Source: Candidatus Saccharimonadota bacterium (GTDB lineage Bacteria > Patescibacteriota > Saccharimonadia > Saccharimonadales > Saccharimonadaceae). Taken from it: 32,000 nucleotides of DNA. Location: assembly GCA_001897305.1 (NCBI GenBank), contig MKSO01000001.1, forward strand, positions 60,001-92,000, in the 5' to 3' direction. Position 1 is the first letter of the stretch. Every line of letters begins with the position of its first letter. Below are positions 24,407-32,000 of this stretch, piece after piece. The notes below the pieces were generated by a model. It was not told where the DNA came from. It ran no database searches and was given only the letters and a program-made list of their open reading frames with translations. A program made the position numbers and the translations under genes.

Positions 24407-25054
24407 ATGAACGAAGATAGTGTCCTCCTTATTGATAAACCTGATGGTATTACCAGCTTTGGTGTAGTGGCGCGCGTCCGGCGCCGATTATCCGAACAGC
24501 TAGGTAAAAAGGCCAAGGTAGGCCATACGGGCACACTGGACCCATTTGCGACCGGTCTTATGATTATCGTAACAGGTAAAGAATGTCGCAATGCTATGCA
24601 GTATTCGAAGTTAGACAAAGAGTATGAAGCTACAATACGGCTAGGGGTGACTAGCAGTACCGGTGATCCAGAGGGTGAGTTAACCGCTGTGTCTGACACT
24701 CAGCCTGGTCATGCGGCCATAGAAGCCGCATTGGACCAATTTAGAGGCGAAATTACCCAGCGTCCGCCTATGTTTAGCGCTATTAAAATCAACGGCCGTA
24801 GAGCGTACGATTTAGCGCGTAAAGGCGAGGTAGTGGAGATTCCTGAACGCCAGGTAACCATTTATAGCCTTGAATTGCTCGACTATATGTATCCAGATAT
24901 TCGTATTCGCGTTCACGTGAGCAGCGGCACCTATATTCGCAGCTTGGCTGAGGATATTGGTAAAGTGCTTGGCACTGGTGCGTATTGCGTGGCGCTTCGT
25001 CGTACGAAAGTGGGGAAGTGGAGCGTTGAGGGCGCCGAGGCTATTGATCGCTAG
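24407..25054 (+). CDS. truB: tRNA pseudouridine(55) synthase
   Basis: Catalytic motif GHTGTLDPFATGLMIIVTG and the downstream RPPMFSAIKINGRRAY. The ATG is 8 nt after TGgTATAAT (24390-24398). Confidence 0.9.
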   Translation: MNEDSVLLIDKPDGITSFGVVARVRRRLSEQLGKKAKVGHTGTLDPFATGLMIIVTGKECRNAMQYSKLDKEYEATIRLGVTSSTGDPEGELTAVSDTQPGHAAIEAALDQFRGEITQRPPMFSAIKINGRRAYDLARKGEVVEIPERQVTIYSLELLDYMYPDIRIRVHVSSGTYIRSLAEDIGKVLGTGAYCVALRRTKVGKWSVEGAEAIDR

Positions 25055-27608
25055 GGCCGTTTTCTGGTCCAGCGTCTCGTGCGCGTCCAGCGATCTCGTT
25101 AAGTCGGGCAATGATGTCCGGTGCAATCTTCTGACGGAGAATTTTGTCATCCAGCATACTGATGGCTCGTGCTGCATCGAAGGCGCCAGTTCGCTGATCC
25201 AGTGCGTGTGCCTGCGATTTAGGGTGTTGCAAGATAAAGTCTTCGTTTGACAGCCCTCGCCATGCCTTGCCGTCGTAGGTAAAGTCTTCCAGACTCTTGC
25301 CTTCACCCTTGGCAGCCCAGTCGATAAGGTCGTTTGACTTAGCTTTAATGGCACCATGGTTTGCAAGAAGGTTTTCGCGCATTGCGATATCCACTTTGGT
25401 AGGAATATTGGCGCCGACATCAATCATAGTAGTACGGAACTTATCCATCCCGGCACCCCCGGCCGTAACCAGCATGTTCTGGAAGGCGCGAGCTTTGATG
25501 GTGTCGCCTGCGCGGATAGCTTCGGTCATGAGACGAGCGGCCTTCTCAAGGTCACCAGGGTTAACATCGGCGGTATCTTGAATGTTCTTGATATCTTCGG
25601 CGTCAGCCTTGTATACCGCTGCGGTTGCAGATGCAAGGACACTGTCCATACCACCTTGTTTAATACCAGCCGCAACCCTTCGCATTGATCCCGAAGTGTC
25701 ATTTTTAAGTGCTTCTGCGAATTGACGCTGAACTTGTGCATCAGCATTAGATGCTCGCATACCCTGTAGGCTGGTCTTTTCTTGGGTGCTGGCAATTTCT
25801 CGAATGATGTTTTGTAGTTCTGCATTTGCGCCTGTAGGAACAGTACCTGCAGAGTACTCTTTGACCGTTGCTTCGGTAATCTTTACGGTGTGCTCAAGTG
25901 CACGCTTACCAGCCTCTAGGCGAGCGTTTTGTACATTAAGCCGAGTATTCTTTGAGTTAATTGCATCTTGAATATGTTTCTTGTTAGCATCTTCAATAAT
26001 TTGCTTTTCAACTTCTACCTCGAAGGCTTTCATGTGAATCTTCTGGTAGCGCGAGCCCTGGTGCCACTTATTATCGGCAATTTGCTTGTATATTTCGGTG
26101 TTTTCGTGACGAGCTCGTTTGTTGTTATCGAGCAATTGACGAACGCTGCGGTTAGGAGTCCATGGACGAAGTGGCTTGCCGAGTTCTTTCTGGCGTCGCA
26201 TTTCACCACGCTCCTTAGCCCAGTTGCGCGGCGTGTCCAGAATACCCTTGCGTGGGTCGTTGGCGATTTGCGCGATCTTGCCAAGCAGGCCGCCGCTGAG
26301 CTTCAAGATGAGCGGCGTAATAACCAGCGGTGCGATTTGCACGGCCAGACCAAACATGACGGTAACAAGGTTATCGCCGGCATTTTGAATAATAAGTTGC
26401 CCGGCCAGTTGCGACCCGCCAAATACCAATGCAAAGGCTGGGAAAAAGATCAGCATGGTCATGAATAAATCTTGCCACTGCTTGTACCATTTTTCGGTGT
26501 TAGGCAAGAGGTTAGCCACAAAGGCGAGTGGGGCGATAATAACCAAGATGATAATAATTGCCTGGCGAGCGGCCAAGATAATGACTACAAAGATAAGTGT
26601 CAGAAGAAGCCCGACTAGTAGGGGGACGAGGAAGTAAAGCCCGGCACCTGAGACGTAGTAAATACCGCCAATCACACCACCGCCAGCCAGAACGGCCGCT
26701 GTGACTGTTGTCCATGGGCTCGTAACACTCGCATTGTTGATGCCAGCCGCGGTATCGTCGGTCATATGGAAGAGTCGTTCACGGATGCCATTAAATATGT
26801 CTTGAATCGAGTACCCAATAACATTCGAAAGGTCGATCGCGATCGCGGCTACATAGTAAGAGATGTTCACAAGCACTGCGGCAACTATGAGGCGAGGAAT
26901 GAGCTTCTTAAGGCCGTAATTCGATACCCCTACGTTCGTTAACTGCGAGTAAATGATAATCAAGAAGGCAATAACGAAGGCGATATTAGCGATCGTGCGC
27001 ATGATATTCCAGGCGGTGTACAGGCTGTTAGTGCTGGTGTTGCCAATCATTGGTGGCTGCACCTTCACGAAATTATCAGACAGGAAGTTAAAGACGTTAT
27101 CCATGGCATCACCAAGGAAGGTACTGACAGGACAGATAATCCAACCTATACCACTGACCGAACACGATGAAACGACATTGTTTGTGCTTCCTTGGGGTGC
27201 CATGATAACCGACTGCTTATCGTGTGGGTTGGAAATCTTACCATTGTCATAATCAAAAGCTACGTGCTGAACCGAGGTTGCTGTAGGCGGGTCAACACCA
27301 GGGGCAAAATACAGTACCAGCATTTTCTGCTTTCCAGATGCTGTATCGGTTTGTACGGGCGCGGTAAAAACTGTAGCACCACTTGGGATTGTCCCCGTAG
27401 TGTCTTTAAAATCGGCATTTTTGGTGTAGCCGTGATTATCAAATAGAATCGTTGTATTGTCATTTGCCCAGGCGGCGTCGGTAGCAGCGTGAGTAGTGTG
27501 GCCTACCAGGGTTGTCCATAAAAGGGCCGTTGCAATCACGGCCAGGACAAATGTAACAATGCTTCGTACGGAGAACCCTCCGTGCGAAGGAAACCTCACA
27601 ATTTCCAT
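25041..27608 (-). CDS. Large polytopic membrane protein (~855 aa): signal anchor, ~190-aa exposed domain, ~7-8 TM helices and a ~400-aa helical cytoplasmic tail. It may be an extended VirB6/TrbL-like protein
   Basis: Coherent hydropathy: VTFVLAVIATALLWTTLV, then clustered TM segments (IANIAFVIAFLIIIY, LIVAAVLVNISYYVAAIAI, LVPLLVGLLLTLIFVVIILAARQAIIIILVIIAPLAFV, LFMTMLIFFPAFALVFGG, MFGLAVQIAPLVITPLIL), then a charged helical tail. ATG 27608 is used because the ORF-track TTG at 27647 is the -35 hexamer of its promoter. The family assignment is by architecture only. Confidence 0.7.
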   Translation of the reverse strand: MEIVRFPSHGGFSVRSIVTFVLAVIATALLWTTLVGHTTHAATDAAWANDNTTILFDNHGYTKNADFKDTTGTIPSGATVFTAPVQTDTASGKQKMLVLYFAPGVDPPTATSVQHVAFDYDNGKISNPHDKQSVIMAPQGSTNNVVSSCSVSGIGWIICPVSTFLGDAMDNVFNFLSDNFVKVQPPMIGNTSTNSLYTAWNIMRTIANIAFVIAFLIIIYSQLTNVGVSNYGLKKLIPRLIVAAVLVNISYYVAAIAIDLSNVIGYSIQDIFNGIRERLFHMTDDTAAGINNASVTSPWTTVTAAVLAGGGVIGGIYYVSGAGLYFLVPLLVGLLLTLIFVVIILAARQAIIIILVIIAPLAFVANLLPNTEKWYKQWQDLFMTMLIFFPAFALVFGGSQLAGQLIIQNAGDNLVTVMFGLAVQIAPLVITPLILKLSGGLLGKIAQIANDPRKGILDTPRNWAKERGEMRRQKELGKPLRPWTPNRSVRQLLDNNKRARHENTEIYKQIADNKWHQGSRYQKIHMKAFEVEVEKQIIEDANKKHIQDAINSKNTRLNVQNARLEAGKRALEHTVKITEATVKEYSAGTVPTGANAELQNIIREIASTQEKTSLQGMRASNADAQVQRQFAEALKNDTSGSMRRVAAGIKQGGMDSVLASATAAVYKADAEDIKNIQDTADVNPGDLEKAARLMTEAIRAGDTIKARAFQNMLVTAGGAGMDKFRTTMIDVGANIPTKVDIAMRENLLANHGAIKAKSNDLIDWAAKGEGKSLEDFTYDGKAWRGLSNEDFILQHPKSQAHALDQRTGAFDAARAISMLDDKILRQKIAPDIIARLNEIAGRARDAGPENGPSDQ

Positions 27609-27618
27609 ATCATGTTGA

Positions 27619-27647
27619 ATTATACCACGTAACAGATAAAAAGTCAA
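27619..27647 (-). promoter_or_regulatory. Near-consensus sigma-70 promoter of the large membrane protein gene
   Basis: On the minus strand: TTGACT (27647-27642), a 17-nt spacer, then TGgTATAAT (27627-27619). The ATG follows 10 nt downstream. Confidence 0.6.
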
Positions 27648-27698
27648 TGCTCATGCTTGGCTTTTATCATAATTAGTGGGTGGGTTTATCGGTTACGC

Positions 27699-29015
27699 TT
27701 AGGCGCTTTGATAGCTTTTGGAGAGTCGTTTGTATGTTTTTGTTCCAAATGCCCATAGCGCTAGAGCAACCATAATTAATCCTGATACTAAAAAGATAAG
27801 CGCAATGCCACGCACTTCACCTGTACCCAGGAGCCATGAATAGCTTTCTCTCGTAGCGGGGTTTTCAAAGGCTGGAAGTACCCAAAACTGTGCAAGAGGG
27901 GCGATAGCAAATGCGGTGAGCGGAGCCGCAGCAGCCTCGGCAGCCTGAGCCAAACCAAAGACCCGGCCTTGGCGTTTGTAAGGGACGACCTTTTGAATGA
28001 TAGTTTGTTCCGCTGCTTCCATAACGGGGATAAGCACCATGTACAGCCATATGCCAACCGCATACAGCAACCACCATTCCCGAATGGTAAAGAATGCCCC
28101 GAGTAGCCCCATCACGATGGCCATGCGTAGAAGTGTGCGTACAGGGTTCTTGCCAAGTCCGAATTTGGCGACTAAAATTCCGCCAGCAATAAACCCGGTA
28201 CCTGCAACACCAAAGACGATGCCCCACATCTCAACCGAAAACAGGGTCAGACCATAGGGGTCCATTAGTGCCATGTACACGCCGCCTATGAAGTTATTGA
28301 GCATCGAGAAGATAATAAGCCCAAATAATCCCGGAATAGCTCGAATTGCCGCAATACTCCCTTTAATGTCTACTTTCTTGTTTTGCAATTCCGGGTCATG
28401 GGCGATGGTTTCTTCTGGAATACGAACAAATAAAATATGCACAAAAGATAGAGCAGTTAAAGTAGAAGCGATGATAAGCGTCGGGCCCATACCCAGGAAT
28501 CCAATGGCTAAGCCGCTAAAGACGCTGGTGATAATAAACCCAATTCCTTGCACAGTGCCAACTAAGCCGTTAGCATTGGCGCGTTTTTCTTTAGGAATCA
28601 GAAGAGTAACAATAGTAGAAAGGGCGATATTGCGCATGTTCTCAACCACAGCTCCGGCGAGAATAACGCAAGAAAATATCCAGAAATACGGTTGTTGTAG
28701 GTTTAATAATGCTTCACGCGGGATAGCCAAGAAAATAACACCGGCAATAGCAAAAGCCGCTAAGGTAAAACCGGCGGCAAAAGTCATAACCCATTTCTTT
28801 TTGCGTTGGTCAACAATAGTGCCAAACCAAATGGCGCAAAAAGCTATAAAGAGCATATAGGTGCCGCCTAAAATACCGGTGGCTAGAGCAGACTTTGTTT
28901 CAAGATACACCCAAAAGGTGAGAGCAAACCACAAAAAGCTCGTCGTAATATTAGCAACTAATGTATTTACGAGTACCTGGTAGAAGTTACGCGTAGTGTT
29001 TACGGGTTTACTCAT
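27699..29015 (-). CDS. Major facilitator superfamily transporter (12-TM, efflux-type)
   Basis: About 12 hydrophobic segments over 438 aa. The N-terminal FYQVLVNTLVANITTSFLWFALTFWV and the loop DQRKKK between TM2 and TM3 are MFS-like. The substrate is not assignable. Confidence 0.8.
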   Translation of the reverse strand: MSKPVNTTRNFYQVLVNTLVANITTSFLWFALTFWVYLETKSALATGILGGTYMLFIAFCAIWFGTIVDQRKKKWVMTFAAGFTLAAFAIAGVIFLAIPREALLNLQQPYFWIFSCVILAGAVVENMRNIALSTIVTLLIPKEKRANANGLVGTVQGIGFIITSVFSGLAIGFLGMGPTLIIASTLTALSFVHILFVRIPEETIAHDPELQNKKVDIKGSIAAIRAIPGLFGLIIFSMLNNFIGGVYMALMDPYGLTLFSVEMWGIVFGVAGTGFIAGGILVAKFGLGKNPVRTLLRMAIVMGLLGAFFTIREWWLLYAVGIWLYMVLIPVMEAAEQTIIQKVVPYKRQGRVFGLAQAAEAAAAPLTAFAIAPLAQFWVLPAFENPATRESYSWLLGTGEVRGIALIFLVSGLIMVALALWAFGTKTYKRLSKSYQSA

Positions 29016-29037
29016 TACGTTCTACTATACTATACCC

Positions 29038-29066
29038 TTGTCAAGCCGACACCTTTCTGCTACAAT
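29038..29066 (+). promoter_or_regulatory. Promoter of rpsO
   Basis: TTGTCA (29038-29043), a 17-nt spacer, then TGcTACAAT (29058-29066). The ATG is 9 nt downstream. The -35 lies in the palindrome CTTGTCAAG, which reads TTGACA on the other strand toward the MFS gene. Confidence 0.55.
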
Positions 29067-29075
29067 ACACCACTG

Positions 29076-29342
29076 ATGATTACTGCAGAGAACAAAGCCA
29101 AGGCATTCGCCCTGACGCAAACGCACAAAACCGACGTTGGTAGCCCACAAGCCCAAGTGTCTGTTTTAACTACGCGTATTAAAGAGGTTACCGAGCACCT
29201 TAAGCTCAATAAGCACGACCACATGGCTCGTCGCGGCCTCGTGCAGATGGTTGGACGCCGCAAGAAACTTCTAAAGTATCTTGAGAACAAAGACTTCGAA
29301 GCTTACAAAGCTGTCGTAGCAAAACTAGGACTCCGCAAATAA
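29076..29342 (+). CDS. rpsO: 30S ribosomal protein S15
   Basis: DVGSPQAQVSVLTTRIKEVTEHLKLNKHDHMARRGLVQMVGRRKKLLKYL is the S15 signature. Confidence 0.9.
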   Translation: MITAENKAKAFALTQTHKTDVGSPQAQVSVLTTRIKEVTEHLKLNKHDHMARRGLVQMVGRRKKLLKYLENKDFEAYKAVVAKLGLRK

Positions 29343-29358
29343 GCGGAGTTCTTTTTTT
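29330..29358 (+). terminator. Rho-independent terminator of rpsO
   Basis: ACTCCGC (29330-29336), loop AAATAA containing the stop codon, GCGGAGT (29343-29349), then TCTTTTTTT. Confidence 0.8.
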
Positions 29359-29381
29359 ATTGCTGCTGTATACTTTTACCC

Positions 29382-31199
29382 ATGGCCTATAAAACTCGCA
29401 AGAAGAAAGAAAAGCTAACTGCCAAGCAGCGCATAGCGGCATTGGTACGGGTGGGAAAAATTAGCTATCAGGCGGCGCCGTCGGTGCTCTATGTTCGTAT
29501 TGTCAGCGCCGTACTAGACTCGTCCTTGCCAATTCTTACAACTTTTTTTGCAGCCCAGACAACCACCGAACTTGCTCGCGCCTATAACGGTGAGGCGGGC
29601 GCTGGTCAAGCGGCGATTACCTATGTGATACTTACGGCTCTTATGGGGGTTATTACCGTGGCCTGGTCCACGGTCGAGCGTTACATTTCACGAGCTGCTC
29701 GTTATAAGCTTGAGGCGGTCGTGAATGACCAGCTAATTGGTCACTTCTTATCCCTCGAATATTGGCGATACGATGACAAAGAGACGGCCGACTTACTGGA
29801 CAAATCTCGGCAATTCTCAAATTTCTATGTGTATATGTTCGATACGTTGGGGTCGGTCTTAACATCGCTTGTTGGTCTTTTTACCTCTGTTATTGCACTA
29901 TTATTTGTGAGCTGGTGGCTGGCTTTAATATTATTAGCCGCGGTCATTCCGGGCTTACTTATTCAATACAGGCTTTCCAAAGCCCGTACTGATCATTGGG
30001 CTGAAAACGTTGATGCCCGCCGTAAGGCGAGTAATATCCAGTGGCAATTAACGCAGATCCACGGTATTGCCGAAATCCGTTTGTATGGGCTGGTTCGATA
30101 CCTTTTGGCGCTACGCCAGAAATATCGAGACCAAGACGAGAAAGAGCAAATCCATATAGAGCGAAAATTCCTTAAGCAGGAATTTCTAGCGAGTGTTATT
30201 GAAGCAGTTGCAGAAGTCGTGGCGCTTTTGTATGTTGTGTTGCACATTATTGCCCATGCTTTACCAATTGGACAATTTATTTATGTACAACAAATTGTTT
30301 CAAGGGGGCTTAGTAGTATGCGTTCTGTGGCGCAGAGCTTTATTAACATAGATGAAGATTTAGCTAATCTTTCCGCCTACGATACTTTTATGAACTTGCC
30401 AACTCAGAAGCCAGGCAAGGTAAGGCTAGATACCTCGCCTACATCAATCACAGTCGATGCTGTGTCGTTTCACTACCCAAACAATGATCGTCATGTTCTT
30501 GAAGATGTATCCTTGCATGTTACAAAGGGTTCTCATATTGCTATTGTTGGCGAGAATGGAGCAGGTAAGTCAACACTTATAAAACTACTGCTGGGTTTTT
30601 ATTATCCAACCAGCGGTACGATTACAGTTGATGGCATACCTACTACCGAGTTAGACCTCGAAAGTTGGCATGCAAAGGTTGGTGTCTTGCAGCAGTCGTC
30701 CATCGACTTCGACTATGCCGACGCCAAAGACAATATTTTGCTTGGCGACGTGTCTCGACCCGAAGACGCTAAGCGCTACGAGCGGGCGATTGAAAAAGCC
30801 GAAGCTAAAGAATTTCTTGATAAACTCCCCAAAAAAGACCGCACGTATATTGTGCAATGGATGGAGAGTGAAGACGGTACGCCAGGGGTGGCGCTTTCGG
30901 GTGGTCAGCAACAGCGGCTGGCCTTGGCGCGTAATTTCTACCGCGACAGCCCGGTGGTTATTTTAGATGAACCCACCAGTGCTATTGATGCCCTGGCTGA
31001 GTCACGTATTTTCAAACGGTTGTTTGAAGAAAAGAACAAAACCATTATTACAATCAGCCACCGCCTTTCAACCGTCCGGCGCGCTGATGTCATTTACGTA
31101 CTCAAGGATGGCAAAATAGTCGAACAGGGGACACATAAAGAGCTAGTAAAGAAAAAAGGTGCCTACTATACGCTGTTTGAGAGCCAGTTAACAGATTGA
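29382..31199 (+). CDS. ABC exporter, fused 6-TM permease and ATPase (type I exporter half-transporter)
   Basis: N-terminal TM domain. Walker A GENGAGKST, signature LSGGQQQRLALAR, Walker B VVILDEPTSAID, and the H-loop ISHRL. The ATG is 7 nt after TG-TATACT (29367-29374). Confidence 0.85.
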   Translation: MAYKTRKKKEKLTAKQRIAALVRVGKISYQAAPSVLYVRIVSAVLDSSLPILTTFFAAQTTTELARAYNGEAGAGQAAITYVILTALMGVITVAWSTVERYISRAARYKLEAVVNDQLIGHFLSLEYWRYDDKETADLLDKSRQFSNFYVYMFDTLGSVLTSLVGLFTSVIALLFVSWWLALILLAAVIPGLLIQYRLSKARTDHWAENVDARRKASNIQWQLTQIHGIAEIRLYGLVRYLLALRQKYRDQDEKEQIHIERKFLKQEFLASVIEAVAEVVALLYVVLHIIAHALPIGQFIYVQQIVSRGLSSMRSVAQSFINIDEDLANLSAYDTFMNLPTQKPGKVRLDTSPTSITVDAVSFHYPNNDRHVLEDVSLHVTKGSHIAIVGENGAGKSTLIKLLLGFYYPTSGTITVDGIPTTELDLESWHAKVGVLQQSSIDFDYADAKDNILLGDVSRPEDAKRYERAIEKAEAKEFLDKLPKKDRTYIVQWMESEDGTPGVALSGGQQQRLALARNFYRDSPVVILDEPTSAIDALAESRIFKRLFEEKNKTIITISHRLSTVRRADVIYVLKDGKIVEQGTHKELVKKKGAYYTLFESQLTD

Positions 31200-31271
31200 C
31201 ATTTGTTAGTGTTTATGCTACTATAAACATAACATTTACCACCATAAAAATATACATATCAGAGGACAATA

Positions 31272-32000
31272 ATGAGTAGCACCGGCCGTCCGCAAGAGCC
31301 ATCACCTGAGTTTGAAGCTCCTGTTAATACACTCGATGCCTTACGCGATCTTCGCCATGAGCGTGCCGAACAAAAGGCGCAAGAAGCCTTGAGGGGTGCG
31401 GTTATTGACCGCATTTCGTTACCAATGAGCCCGTTTGTTATGCCTCCTGCCACCGGTGGTGAGTACGACATAGCCAGGGTATCCTGGGACGACTATCTAG
31501 TTTTAGATAAATTCGGCTATTCCCCCGATGATGTAGCAAGCGTCCTTCAAGCCCCACCAGACACCCCAGTAACATTACAGATCCATCAAGATGCCGAGCA
31601 TATGGATGTAAATAAGATAGGGGAGGGCTTGACACTGCGCTTTAAGGTCGATGGTACTGAAGACGCACCATTTGATGAACTATATCAAATGAAGCCCCAG
31701 GCTATTCGCACCGAAGTGATAGATCGGTATAAGGAATCACCTGCACATCGAGCACTCCACGAACTGGCTCAGCTATTAGATGAACCTGATTATAAAGCTA
31801 CTACCGTGAAAACGGATTGGTTCAACCCCGATGAAGACAATCTCGGAACCCTAGGGGCGTTAAGCAGTTTGGAGCTTATTGATTCATTTCCTCAACCAGG
31901 TGATAGCACTAATGTGCAAGAGCTTCTAGAATTTAGATATGGTATACAAATAGGTCATCGTGTAACTGATCAGGGAGAAGAAACAACTTACACCAAAGTT
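31272..32000 (+). CDS. Hypothetical acidic soluble protein, N-terminal 243 codons; it continues beyond the window
   Basis: I translated this by hand: ATG 31272 preceded by AGAGGA, then 243 sense codons with no stop up to nt 32000 (MSSTGRPQEPSPEFEAPVNTLDALRDL...TTYTKV). It is absent from the ORF track, presumably because it has no stop in the window. No TM segments and no recognisable motif. Confidence 0.55.
   Translation, partial: MSSTGRPQEPSPEFEAPVNTLDALRDLRHERAEQKAQEALRGAVIDRISLPMSPFVMPPATGGEYDIARVSWDDYLVLDKFGYSPDDVASVLQAPPDTPVTLQIHQDAEHMDVNKIGEGLTLRFKVDGTEDAPFDELYQMKPQAIRTEVIDRYKESPAHRALHELAQLLDEPDYKATTVKTDWFNPDEDNLGTLGALSSLELIDSFPQPGDSTNVQELLEFRYGIQIGHRVTDQGEETTYTKV

Noticed and set aside
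24812-25423. A 203-aa minus-strand ORF and several 60-170-aa plus-strand ORFs overlapping the large membrane protein gene (25297-26637)
   Set aside because: All are nested within, or out of frame with, the 855-aa frame. That frame alone shows coherent TM periodicity and runs uninterrupted for 2.5 kb.
28273-28860. A 195-aa plus-strand ORF opposite the MFS transporter
   Set aside because: It is antisense to a hydrophobic membrane protein, and such genes routinely give long shadow ORFs. It has no promoter or SD, and the minus-strand MFS frame spans the whole region.
1-32000. An alternative genetic code (UGA recoding as in some CPR lineages), CRISPR arrays, tRNA genes and IS elements
   Set aside because: TGA cleanly terminates zwf (5244-5246) and the ABC gene (31197-31199) at the expected protein ends, so the code is standard. 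I saw no direct-repeat/spacer periodicity. None of the few intergenic regions over 100 nt contains a cloverleaf-like sequence with a T-loop GTTCGAATC-type motif. No transposase or integrase motifs were seen. The apparent repetitiveness at 21950-22080 and 23950-24370 is protein-level low complexity, not DNA tandem repeats.

Overview
The window is a densely packed, mostly plus-strand housekeeping stretch from a small bacterial genome. It uses the standard genetic code, since TGA terminates both zwf and the ABC gene. Gene content, compaction and the many N-terminally anchored orphan proteins suggest a reduced-genome lineage such as Patescibacteria/CPR (Saccharibacteria-like). That assignment is inference only.

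Gene order:
- nrdA (5' truncated), a small ORF, nrdB, a YjjX-like NTPase and a PNPOx-like protein.
- A stand-alone 62-aa peptide gene.
- zwf, pyrG, argS.
- A small accessory patch: a 22-codon ORF, a terminator and a GC3-rich orphan.
- mscL, orn, a CapA-like protein and a YjbR-like protein.
- A minus-strand orphan.
- dnaG, rpoD.
- A minus-strand P-loop kinase.
- polA, a MazG-like protein, a HAD hydrolase, an orphan, mutM and holA.
- rpsT (minus strand).
- A ~130-nt hairpin element.
- A degenerate DHH-domain protein and truB.
- A large polytopic membrane protein and an MFS transporter (both minus strand).
- rpsO, an ABC exporter and an unannotated ORF that runs off the window.

I found no rRNA, tRNA, CRISPR array, transposase, integrase or recognisable defence system.

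Observations most worth a second look:
1. DnaG has lost all four zinc-ribbon ligands.
2. An orphan extended VirB6/TrbL-like membrane protein of about 855 aa sits behind a near-consensus promoter.
3. A long imperfect hairpin lies between two divergent promoters and may be an ncRNA or a MITE.
4. An attenuator-like three-segment RNA with a 22-codon ORF precedes a compositionally foreign orphan.
5. -10 boxes sit 6-10 nt from start codons across the window, which implies leaderless mRNAs and revises several ORF-track starts.
6. NrdB has a class Ic-type signature (Phe at the radical-Tyr site), and an uncharacterised small ORF is embedded in the nrd operon.

All functional calls rest on motif recognition by eye. 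No database search was run.
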